DNA from: Convolutriloba macropyga
Lineage: Eukaryota
DNA: 64,000 nt
Reading direction: 5' to 3'
NCBI RefSeq assembly: GCF_964194025.1
Contig: NC_134470.1
Span: forward strand, 18,476,001 to 18,540,000
Shown piece after piece: positions 39,691-51,400 of the stretch. The notes beneath the pieces are model-generated. The model was not told where the DNA came from and searched no databases. It saw nothing but the letters and a program-made list of their open reading frames with translations. Numbering within the stretch: the stretch's first letter is position 1; each line of letters starts with the position of its first letter. The position numbers and the translations under genes were made by a program.

Positions 39691-40910
39691 TTAGTAGTAG
39701 TAGTAGAGAATTCGAGTAAGTTTCCCGGGGCTTCAATTTGTTCCCCTGTGTCAGTCCAGTTTCAGTTGTTAAGTTTTTACCAATTGTTACAATTGTCACA
39801 TCTGCAAATGATACGCCAAGAGCGTTTGTTTGTTAGGCTGAATTGAGTTGTGAGGAAGTGCCAGTGAGCTTCTATGATAGTGTGTTTGCTTAATCTGCCT
39901 TGAAATTTTTTAATATTTATTTAAAGCGTTGTACAGTTGTTTCGTTCGGTGGAAGAAGTTTTCATCGGATTTGACAAGTCGGTTATTTTCAATTTTCAGT
40001 TCACCTCTACGTGTTGCCTTGTCCTATCGACTTCAAGGGTTATAAAATTTGTCGGCATACCAAATTCATTACGTGTAATAGCCAGGAAGAGAAGAAGATC
40101 ATGCAGTCCAACTTAGTGACAGTGGAAGGAGTTTTAGGCTAATGAGACGTTTTTAGGCTAATGGTTGGAACAATAAAACCAGTATAGCACTTCATTTTGG
40201 TTGACGTTGAGCTGATTGCTGACATACTTCGTTTTATTCGGAGAAAGCACTAGTCGCTTTTTGCACTCTGTAGTTGCAGTTGCCTTGCCCTGAGAGATTT
40301 GATGTAATTATTAAACCAAGGTCTTTTTGGGATTCAGTTGGTTTTATTTCCTGGCCACACATAGAAGTCGTGAGATTACCCCCTAACATTTAACAACTTG
40401 CATTTGTTCGCATTTAACTCCATTCCATTCTCTCGGCACCAGTCTTCAAGATTTTTTCGGCTTCTGTCCAGTTTTGCCTGACCATGAACAATGAACTTAT
40501 AGTCGTCTGCAAATCAAAAATCTTCAATACCGGGGTTTGCATCTGGAAAGTCAGATAAAATTAAACTCTATACAAATTAAGAACAGTAGTGGTCCAAGTA
40601 TGGAACCTTGTGGGACTCCACTTGTTACGTTCTCCAAACTTGAACAACAATTTCCAACTTTGACAAATTCTTTTCTATCTTCTAAGTATGAGTGCAAGAG
40701 TACTAATATATTCCCTCCTACGTCAAAACTTTCCAGTTTCTTATTGAGAAGGTGATGTGGTACTTTATCAAAATCTAAGTAGAGGATACTAATGTCGCCC
40801 GATGAAATTGTGTCAAACATGCGATATACTGTGACGAGAAACAGTAGAAGCTGAGTGGTTGCCGATCTGTTCTTTCGAAAGCCGAATTGATTTTCGTTTA
40901 ATCTGTGACA
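39691..40910 (-). mobile_element. 5'-truncated, internally deleted CR1-like LINE with (cta)n tail
   Basis: Motifs NQFGFRKNRSATTQLL, YLDFDKVPH and SGVPQGSILGP. C-terminal SWRIICRCDNC. tagtagtagtag at ~39692. Confidence 0.82.
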
Positions 40911-41324
40911 ACAATGAGAATATATTGATGATTGAGCTAAGGTACTTGAAATATCGTTTATCGTTTGTCTTCCTTGTCTCAATATTCCCTTGTCTCAACT
41001 CCTCAGTCGCTAAATACACTTCCTCAGCCGAATTTTGCTGAACGCCTCTTCAAAATCTTCAGCATAAACAAAGGTGCTTCCGGTTGCGAAGTATCGTTGC
41101 GACAATAAGCAACTCAAGGTTGTTCTTTTTAAAAACCGTCAACTAAAAGAGGCCCCTCCCCTTTTAGAGGGTAGGCGATCAACAGGGGGCATCAAATTTT
41201 GGGCGCAGGGCAAAATAAATACTCGATAGAGTTTAAAATAGCCTCCCTTCGTCCACAATGGTTCCTTTTAATGCTCCTATAATGTACATCATGCTATTTT
41301 AATACTGGACATCTGCACACATAC

Positions 41325-41550
41325 CTGCCATGTAATTAGCTACCGTTATCGCCGCAACTCTTCGAGGCTGTGTGCAGAGTATACATGAGCTGCTTCCAAT
41401 TCCCGCCTCAAAAAGAAATTCCGGTATTCGCGTAGTCTTTCCACTAGCCGTTTCACCTATTACTACGCATGTTGGTGATTTTGAAATATATTTCACTAGT
41501 TCATCTTTAGCTGAGTATATTGGCAGTAGCTGCGAACCAACAGGAGGCAT
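41325..41550 (-). CDS. DHX33: DHX33 first identifiable coding exon (Walker A, motif Ia)
   Basis: Reads LPIYSAKDELV..GETASGKTT..TQPRRVAA. Phase 1 donor G|gtatgt. An acceptor tttcag lies 4 nt upstream of the ATG, so a further upstream exon is possible. Confidence 0.9.
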
Positions 41551-41725
41551 AGCTCTGAAAATAGGTAACCAATGTCGAACGAATTCAATGGGGCAAAAAA
41601 AAGATGTTTTGGTGTTAAATTTTGCTGCCCTTGACAGAATGATTTGCTTGAAAGAGCTGCAAACGCCAGAGCTAAAGAAAAAAGAATTGATTTAAATTAG
41701 ATAGGAACAAACTACAATAGAATAT

Positions 41726-44700
41726 AGACAAAATGTAGTTTAATCAGAACAGTTACAGAGAGTTCAAGAGCAGTATTTACAAAAATGATGACAAAAATTA
41801 TTTCTATCAGTACCAGTCAAGAAAAAGAACGAATTTAAATAGGAGACGAGAGGTTGGATACAGCGAAGGGTTTGCTACAAACCAGCAATCAACTTAAACG
41901 AGATAAAATTATCAGACCGTAAGTCTTCTATAAGAAAATCAAACAACTTTAAAGTCTCCCTTCCTCGACAACAGCCCCCATGGAAGCCTCGACTGGCTGC
42001 AGTCGTCGGCGCGAGCGGGAACCGCGCAGTCAGATTACGGAGCCCTGGAGCAGCGCAGAGCTAATTTTCGTTCGGATAAACATGATGTTGGCGTAGTTGT
42101 CGTTCTTAAGGCTGTTTGCTGGCAACTTGCGTTATCACCCTGCACCTTGCTGAAGGTCCCTCTCCTTCTGTGCAAGAAAAAATCAATGGACTGAAAGTAC
42201 CCTTCTCATTGTTGTTGTTGTTGTTGGGGATTTTCTTTACAGAACGGATTTCTCCCGATCAAAACATTTATAGAAAATTAGTCCAAGTCTCTCTGCAGTG
42301 TTGACAGTCACAACAGATCTGCCACGTGCAGACGTTTTCTGGTTTGTACCACATCATGGTATCATTCCAGATTTGCTTTAGAATTCTGTGCTTTAGTCCG
42401 TGTTGATTTCCGAAGACAATGCTGTGATGAAGTCTGCTGCCTATCCTTTGGGTGCGAAAGAAAAATTCGCCGCAAGATTTATCGAGTCGTTTTTTCGTAT
42501 TATTTATAACTCGAGGCTCGTATTTCAATTTTTGATATTTTCATGGTAGCTATACGCGTCTTCAATTTTTTCGTGCAGCTTTTCGCAAAGGGGTTGAAGA
42601 TTTTTACATCGAAGAACGTTTTCGTGAATCTGCTGTCCCAGAGGCCATTGGCTTTAATATCCAATCGTTCGTCATCTTCATTGCTTGAAGTTATATTTCC
42701 AAAGGACTCGCCTTGCAACGGCAGAAGATTGGGCTCGATTTCGACATCAAAATAAAAGTCCTCAAGCAGATTGGCGACAGAGTCACTGATGTCGTTATGT
42801 CTAAAGTGGGTATACCACCCTCTTGGACAGTGAAGGGCATGGGCAACTGTGAACGGCTCGCCACTAACACAGTTTGACAAAAGTTTGGGGGCTCCCAGCC
42901 ATACAGAAGGGCAATAATATCTCGGAATTCAAACTTGGACAGATTCAAGTTATACTTTTTCAATGGCATGGCAATAAGCCAAAACGAAGCTCCTTTTTTC
43001 AGAGGCTAAACCAAATGCATACATTTTGTTTGCATTCAACCAATTCTTAAAGCTCAATTTTGTCTCATTCATTTTCACTCGTTTATCTTTTCTGATCTTC
43101 TCAACTCTTCGGATTCGTATTTGATAAGTCCCCGAGGGATAGCGGCTCTGAACTGGTTTTGAACGTTCATGTTCGAGAAATCTATCTTCAGGGTGAATGA
43201 TGTTGAGTCCAACTTCGCGTTCGGGGAGTGAAAATATCTCACGATAGTTCTCGTCATAATTGTTGTTAGATACAAGATTAGGGATTAGGTGATCATTGAT
43301 AACTCTCTCGGCTTCTTTCAACAAGTCGAATGTGTCTGTCGTTGTCCTCGATAAGAAGGTTAATTTATGCTGCACAGAGTTTGTCAAGCTAAATCTTTGT
43401 TCAAACTGTTGACGACATTTTTTGCACCAAAAAGAGGACGGCCTGTGTCTCCAGTTGCTCGAAGGCTTCATGTAGAGAGTGAATGGCATGTTCAATTCCG
43501 CATCTTTGACCAAGGCAAAGTTGGAGATTACCTCCGAGGAATTTGAGGTCGTTTTTGACGCATGAAACAATGGCCCTACAAATGATGCGTCAGATTACCT
43601 CACCAACACCAATGGGCCGTAAACAAGGGCATATTATAGAGTGGTATCAACCTAGAACTATTCTTTGCAACAAGAAACCCTAACTAGTGTGTCGCAATTA
43701 AAATAGTCAACTTTGTCAATAATTTCCATATACAGTTTGACGAAGATATGAACGACGTGAAGATGCGTTTCCATACATTTGCATCTAATCCTGAGGAACC
43801 ATGGCTGCCGTATACTTTCATGGCCGATCTACGTACTGCAGTTGCGTTAATGCGATCAGATACAGAGTGGTGATAGGGTAGTGTTATTAAACGGGGGTCG
43901 TTTACAATGTAGTCAAGATTTGCAGTCTGTGGGGCCGGGTGCTTTTCAAATAATGTGTCCATTACTGTTTTCGTTCCCAGTTTCTGATTTAGGGGTTGGA
44001 CACCGCCCTTCGATTCGTGGGATAGACATCAAAACGCCTTCGAGACTTTTCCAGTTTCCATGTTTCTGTCGAATGATTTGAATTCAATTGTTTCATGTTA
44101 AGACTTCGATTTTGTAAATTTGTCTTGTAGTGCTTTCGCCTCTAGAAATAATAATTCTTTTTTGAGAACATTGTGAGAAATAGAAAAATTAGATGGGGTC
44201 TCTTAGGAGTTCGATAAAACCAGATGAAGAGATGGACAAAGGAGTTCGATGTTTATAAGGGTTAAGTCTCTGTTCAAACTGTTGAAGGCATTTTTTGCAT
44301 CAATAAAGAGGATAGCTTGTGTCTCCGGTTGCCCGAAGATCTTAAGTAGAGAGTGAATGGCATGTCTAATTCCGCTTCTTTGACGAAGACAAAATGTAGT
44401 TTAATCAGAACAGTTACAGAGAGTTCAAGAGCAGTATTTACAAAAATGATGACAAAAATTATTTCTATCAGTACCAGTCAAGAAAAAGAACGAATTTAAA
44501 TAGGAGACGAGAGGTTGGATACAGCGAAGGGTTTGCTACAAACCAGCAATCAACTTAAACGAGATAAAATTATCAGACCGTAAGTCTTCTATAAGAAAAT
44601 CAAACAACTTTAAAGTCTCCCTTCCTCGACAACAGCCCCCATGGAAACCTCGACTGGCTGCAGTCGTCGGCGCGAGCGGGAACCGCGCAGTCAGATTACG

Positions 44701-47049
44701 GAGCCCTGGAGCAGCGCAGAGCTAATTTTCGTTCGGATAAACATGATGTTGGCGTAGTTGTCGTTCTTAAGGCTGTTTGCTGGCAACTTGCGTTATCACC
44801 CTGCTCCTTGCTGAAGGTCCCTCTCCTTCTGTGAAAGAAAAAATCAATGGACTGAAAGTACCCTTCTCATTGTTGTTGTTGTTGTTGGGGATTTTCTTTA
44901 CAGAACGGATTTCTCCCGATCAAAACATTTATAGAAAATTAGTCCAAGTCTCTCTGCAGTGTTGACAGTCACAACAGATCTGCCACGTGCAGACGTTTTC
45001 TGGTTTGTACCACATCATGGTATCATTCCAGATTTGCTTTAGAATTCTGTGCTTCAGTCCGTGTTGATTTCCGAAGACAATGCTGTGATGAAGTCTGCTG
45101 CCTATCCTTTGGGTGCGAAAGAAAAATTCGCCGCAAGATTTATCGAGTCGTTTTTTCGTATTATTTATAACTCGAGGCTCGTATTTCAATTTTTGATATT
45201 TTCATGGTAGCTATACGCGTCTTCAATTTTTTCGTGCAGCTTTTCGCAAAGGGGTTGAAGATTTTTACATCGAAGAACGTTTTCGTGAATCTGCTGTCCC
45301 AGAGGCCATTGGCTTTAATATCCAATCGTTCGTCATCTTCATTGCTTGAAGTTATATTTCCAAAGGACTCGCCTTGCAACGGCAGAAGATTGGGCTCGAT
45401 TTCGACATCAAAATAAAAGTCCTCAAGCAGATTGGCGACAGAGTCACTGATGTCGTTATGTCTAAAGTGGGTATACCACCCTCTTGGACAGTGAAGGGCA
45501 TGGGCAACTGTGAACGGCTCGCCACTAACACAGTTTGACAAAAGTTTGGGGGCTCCCAGCCATACAGAAGGGCAATAATATCTCGGAATTCAAACTTGGA
45601 CAGATTCAAGTTATACTTTTTCAATGGCATGGCAATAAGCCAAAACGAAGCTCCTTTTTTCAGAGGCTAAACCAAATGCATACATTTTGTTTGCATTCAA
45701 CCAATTCTTAAAGCTCAATTTTGTCTCATTCATTTTCACTCGTTTATCTTTTCTGATCTTCTCAACTCTTCGGATTCGTATTTGATAAGTCCCCGAGGGA
45801 TAGCGGCTCTGAACTGGTTTTGAACGTTCATGTTCGAGAAATCTATCTTCAGGGTGAATGATGTTGAGTCCAACTTCGCGTTCGGGGAGTGAAAATATCT
45901 CACGATAGTTCTCGTCATAATTGTTGTTAGATACAAGATTAGGGATTAGGTGATCATTGATAACTCTCTCGGCTTCTTTCAACAAGTCGAATGTGTCTGT
46001 CGTTGTCCTCGATAAGAAGGTTAATTTATGCTGCACAGAGTTTGTCAAGCTAAATCTTTGTTCAAACTGTTGACGACATTTTTTGCACCAAAAAGAGGAC
46101 GGCCTGTGTCTCCAGTTGCTCGAAGGCTTCATGTAGAGAGTGAATGGCATGTTCAATTCCGCATCTTTGACCAAGGCAAAGTTGGAGATTACCTCCGAGG
46201 AATTTGAGGTCGTTTTTGACGCATGAAACAATGGCCCTACAAATGATGCGTCAGATTACCTCACCAACACCAATGGGCCGTAAACAAGGGCATATTATAG
46301 AGTGGTATCAACCTAGAACTATTCTTTGCAACAAGAAACCCTAACTAGTGTGTCGCAATTAAAATAGTCAACTTTGTCAATAATTTCCATATACAGTTTG
46401 ACGAAGATATGAACGACGTGAAGATGCGTTTCCATACATTTGCATCTAATCCTGAGGAACCATGGCTGCCGTATACTTTCATGGCCGATCTACGTACTGC
46501 AGTTGCGTTAATGCGATCAGATACAGAGTGGTGATAGGGTAGTGTTATTAAACGGGGGTCGTTTACAATGTAGTCAAGATTTGCAGTCTGTGGGGCCGGG
46601 TGCTTTTCAAATAATGTGTCCATTACTGTTTTCGTTCCCAGTTTCTGGTTTAGGGGTTGGACACCGCCCTTCGATTCGTGGGATAGACATCAAAACGCCT
46701 TCGAGACTTTTCCAGTTTCCATGTTTCTGTCGAATGATTTGAATTCAATTGTTTCATGTTAAGACTTCGATTTTGTAAATTTGTCTTGTAGTGCTTTCGC
46801 CTCTAGAAATAATAATTCTTATTTGAGAACATTGTGAGAAATAGAAAAATTAGATGGGGTCTCTTAGGAGTTCGATAAAACCAGATGAAGAGATGGACAA
46901 AGGAGTTCGATGTTTATAAGGGTTAAGTCTCTGTTCAAACTGTTGAAGGCATTTTTTGCATCAATAAAGAGGATAGCTTGTGTCTCCGGTTGCCCGAAGA
47001 TCTTAAGTAGAGAGTGAATGGCATGTTTAATTCCGCTTCTTTGACGAAG
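41726..47049. repeat. Near-identical tandem duplication, unit 2661 bp (41726-44386 / 44387-47049)
   Basis: All ORFs repeat at offset 2661 with only a handful of substitutions. Junction microhomology is ag(a/g)caaaat. Confidence 0.97.
42209..42500 (-). mobile_element. 3' end of CR1-like LINE inserted in the CRE C-terminus (second copy 44870-45161)
   Basis: CTWQICCDCQHC...stop followed by a (caa)n tail. It splits the CRE reading KYEPRVIN|EKGTF. Confidence 0.75.
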
Positions 47050-48309
47050 GCAAAATTGGAGATTACCTCAGATGAACTTGAGGTCATTTTTACGCACGTA
47101 ACAATGGCCCTACTTATGATGCGTTGCATTACCTCATTAAAACCCATGGGCCGTACACTAGGGCATTTATTGAGTGGTATTAACCTAGAACTATTATATT
47201 TATCAAGAAAGCACAACTCGTGTGTCGCAATCAAAATAGTCAACTTTGCCAATGACTTGCATATTTCGTTTGACGTAGATTTGAACGATGTGAGGATGCG
47301 CCTCCATTCATTTGCATCTATTTCTGAGGAACCATGGCTGCCGCGTGTCTTCATCGCCGATCAACTTATTGCAGATGTGTTAGTGCAATCATTTATAGAG
47401 TGGTGATAGGGTGATATATTTAAAGGGGGGTTTTTCACAACGTTATTATGATTTGCAGTCTGTGCTTGTCAACTAATATGTCCATTACTGTTTTCGTTAC
47501 CAATATGAGGTTGAGGGATAGGACACCGCCCTTCGATTTGTAGGTTAGACATCATAGTGCATTCGAGACGTTTCCAGTTTCCATGTTTTTGTCGAATTAT
47601 TTGAATTCATTTGTTTGATGTTTAGACTTCGATTTCGTAAACCCATCTTGTAGTGCTCTCACTTCTAGAAAAAAATTCAAATTCGCAATGTATCCAGAGG
47701 TGCAGTCAGTTATCTATGATTTTCGTTGCCCATTTTTGTTCTAGCGAGGATGGGATGGAGCATGACCATAGCGGCTAACATCTCAGCTTCACTGTTATAG
47801 TTAATAGCCTCACATTGTGACACTGCAACGCTGAGCGCCTCAACAAAGCGATAGCCAACTTTATTTTTGCTCAATTGGAGAAAGAGTGGTTTTCAGTGAA
47901 CAATTTCTCGGTAAACGTTTTGGAGCGTTTTTTTCTTACCGGTGGTTAGATTGGACCAGAAGTTGGTAGTGATGAGAAAATCAGGGATATGGGGGCAGGG
48001 GTGTGGTTTGACATGGGATGGGTATGGGATCCATGGTTAAGAGGATCTGCAATTTTTGCATTCGCGCTTGCTGGTGTCTCGTTGATTAATGCTTCGTGGG
48101 TGCGTGAGCTGGGGCAGTTTTTGCATTCGAAGTTGCCATGTTGTTCGCGCGCAAATCGATGTCCGCTACATTGGACATGCATATAATTACCGCATTAGTA
48201 TCACCATCTATCCCTATTCTTGAGGAACTTGAGACACTTCGAGCAGTGCGTCTGCTCGGACGTGGGAACAGTTTGTCAATGAAGGGAGGATAGATGCGTG
48301 TGATAGTTA

Positions 48310-48833
48310 ACGAAATCTTTTAAGGAATGTAGTAGTAGACGAGAAAACTTGATTACCAGTATAAGAAAAATGAACAATCATAAAAAACATGAAAGACGAT
48401 AGAGTAAATGAGGGGGAGATAACATGAGGGAAACAGTAATGTAACAATTTATAAATCGCGCAATTTTTCAAACAAAGCTAATGGTTTATCAAACGATTGT
48501 CTGTTGATGGGGTGATTTTAGAAGCTATCAGGACTGATGGGTTGAATTTGTTCTAACAAGATCAATTAGGAGTCGATAACATTCAATGACATAAAAATTG
48601 GATTTAGAATGATCATTGAAGCCAAAAGTTATGATCACACAGCGAATACTCAGATGGTAGTAATGTTGGACAACGTCAAGGAGGTCCCCGTATATTTGCA
48701 CCGGGAAAAGAAAATATTGTCGCGCCGATGTCACTGCCCTTAAGATAGAATTAAACAATACAAAATGTTTTATGAATACATAGTGCTGGGAGGGCCCCGG
48801 AGGAGCCAATATTGACCAAGCGTTGGGGAACAT
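48310..48833 (-). pseudogene. SGNH hydrolase/esterase ORF1 of CRE-like element (frameshifted)
   Basis: Block I-like VLFNSILR, block II SFPGANIR (adjacent frame), block III VIITFGFND and block V-like VHFSYTGN, in the canonical order. Confidence 0.65.
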
Positions 48834-48870
48834 TTCTTAATTTACATTTTTTTGGTATATAATGATTTAG

Positions 48871-48988
48871 GTGTCTTTCCTATTATAGCCCCCCCACCTA
48901 CTAGTCAGATAACCTATACACCCCAATACTGTTAAAAATACAATAATTAGGGGCTATAGTTTCATGGGGGCTATAATAGGAAAGACCC
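48871..48988. mobile_element. MITE (second GG-ended TIR family)
   Basis: TIRs gtctttcctattatagccccc and gggggctataataggaaagac. Related ends occur at ~8702-8727 and ~49119-49140. The TSD is unclear. Confidence 0.7.
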
Positions 48989-49199
48989 GTTATTTGTGCG
49001 GTTAAAGATTCAATTCCAGATTTTCCGAAAATTCCTGTTACGAATGACGGTGTTTTCTCTAGGCAGCCAGTTAGAGCGTGATTGACATGCTTGAGATGAT
49101 ACTAGTAGGTCAAAAATAAGGGGCTCTATTAAGGAAAACTATTTAGCCTGTAGTCTTCCTTGAACGAAAAAATTTTTGCTCATTGCTAGCAAAAATGTT

Positions 49200-51400
49200 A
49201 AAAAGAATGAATCAATAGCCTGAAAAACTGTCGCTTCGTCCAGATAGACCTCTAAGAGGAAACGACCGATTACTACTACCAGTTTTTGTCAAAGAAGTTC
49301 TATATCTTACGGGCCAAAACACACAATTAGGGACAAATTTTTTGAAACCCAATTTTCGCAGGCAAAAACAAGTTAGTGAGTAGTGAGAGAAAACGGAGTG
49401 TAGGTGAAAACCTTTGTGAGGTAGAAGCATCCGCCAAATGGTACGCTAAAAACTTAAGAGAGGCACCAAGTATATCAAGGTTAGCAAATTTTCTTAAAGA
49501 GAATAAATTTTCAGCTGTACATTTTGATAAAGTTAATGGATTTTCTGTCCTGAAAAAACATCGTATCAATCAAACATGCAAAAAACACTCGACTGCCACA
49601 TCCCAACCCTCCCCTAAGGATACGAACACGAAATTGCGAGATAATCGTCAAAATAAAAGACATTAACAGAGCGTTTACTTCGCATGAAAAAACAAGATCT
49701 CATTACAGAAAAATATCAAAAATTACAAAAGAGTGGCGCAAAACAAGCACAACTGCGATGTCTTTACTCTAGTGAAAACCCTCCCGATTATGAAAGCTCG
49801 AAACCTGAGGTCCTACTCAAAGTGTCTAGTTTAAAAGTAATGGTAACTGGAACTGTAAAAAAGACGGGGGGCTTCACTGACAATTATCTTGGCAACATTT
49901 CGGACACAATTTTTATAGGAAAGAAGTGCTGAGAATAAGAAAAACTCGGGAGAAATAACAACAATTTCTAAACAAAAATGCCGCTTCTGTCATGAAAAAA
50001 ATTATGGGATAGCAGGCCGCCGGGTGCGAAAAATGTGACAGCTTGTATTACATAAAATTTCAATATATAAATTCAGAGCAATACAAAAAATTCGGGGATG
50101 TTGTTTGGAAATACTTTGAACGTTTAAACTCACCAATTGATAATCAAACTAGAAAACGAAATTATTTGAAAGATATGTAGTTGACATACATTGCACTCTA
50201 AAAGACAAAACCAAAAAATTGCTTCAAATGGAAAACTTTTTGACATAGAAATTGGGAGTTCACAATTAAAGGAAAAGGTTGAAGAACTGGAACCAGCCTT
50301 CCTGGATATGGCAGTCTACGTTGATAACCAAAACAAAGTCTTTCGTAAGTGGTACCAAAAATCGACCCACAGACACTGGGAAAACTCTAAATTTCTGTAA
50401 CTGCGCTGCCCTTTTTTAAAAAAAGTTTGGTAGAGAATACTATCCATAGGCATTTTTGATCTACAAGCAACTTTCATCACTTTAAGGTAGCCCTAGAAAT
50501 CAACAAAAGCGTTTGCCAAAAAAGCAATACCGGAGAAATTTGAAGTGAGGCATTGTAATTGAGACAACTGATCTTTAGGTGAATGTGAATCTAAAAGGAC
50601 AGCAAAAAAACAACAAAATCAAAATAAAGCGATAAAAGAAAGCAGAAAAATTGATATCCAATTTTCATTATAGAGGACATTTAAGCGTTGGAGTTACAGA
50701 AAAGCTATAAAAGATTGGGCATCTTTCAGCGAAATTCACAACACGGAAATTAATAACTTGATGACCATATTTGGAGTCCAGTTTTGACCAGCATCTAAAA
50801 TTGCACGTGGTTTAAAAGTAATTTATATTGGGTGCAATTCCTTTTCCGTCGGGCAATTTTGCAGACAAATAACTACGCTGATTGCAGAGCTTCGAAAAAG
50901 AACTCACCGGTAGGTCAGCGTGTAAGCAAAAGTTGTGGCATATCATTTGGGTTTTATTGGCGTATAATAGATCAAGGTAATATGCCACAAAAACTCAAGG
51001 TTTCCAAACAATACATATGGCAACAAGGATACCGTTGGTGAACACGCGCAATGAGTCTCGAAACCCGGAGTTGACACTGAAAACATAGTTAACAAATGTT
51101 AATTTGCCTAATTCGAAAATTTTAGTTTAACCAATCAAAACCTTGATGAGCCGAAATGTTACAGAAACGTTAGGAACTTCAAAAATCCAAATTAAGAGAT
51201 CTTGAATAAAAGAATTAAAACGAATTGGAAACAAATTTTTGGAAAATTTTTTGTTTTAATGATAAATTAAGTTCCAAGAACTTCCTATTTGACTGTTTTG
51301 CTTTTCAATTGAACTGAAAAAATTTTAATTGTAAATAGAATAACTTCAACTTTTATTTTATCTGATGTTGCTAGTTATAGTGAAAACGTTTGTAAATTAA
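49200..51400 (+). mobile_element. Decayed Penelope-like element (RT + GIY-YIG)
   Basis: HFDKVNG (ADKG-like motif) and FLDMAV..KWYQKST(DTG) thumb motif. A GIY-YIG-like region (GCNSFSVGQ..KKNSPVGQ) lies at ~50800-50930. Hammerhead-like motifs occur in the 3' region. Confidence 0.8.

Larger units (their letters stand above)
41690..48840 (-). mobile_element. CRE-like RLE non-LTR retrotransposon complex (copy 2), rearranged and partly duplicated
   Basis: RLE region HALHCPRG..RHNDI..EP..RLDIKANGLW..FFDVKIFNP and C-terminal EKGTFSPLIFS...LRGSRS. RT N-terminal motifs KHP, GSHGSSGLDA, LIPLNKCPSVRPMG and DAKNAFNSLNR. The 5' end has a PHD finger and an SGNH ORF. Confidence 0.85.

Noticed and set aside
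41690-48840. Spliced-leader or rRNA target site for the CRE-like elements
   Set aside because: No SL RNA, snRNA or rRNA sequence recognised at the flanks.
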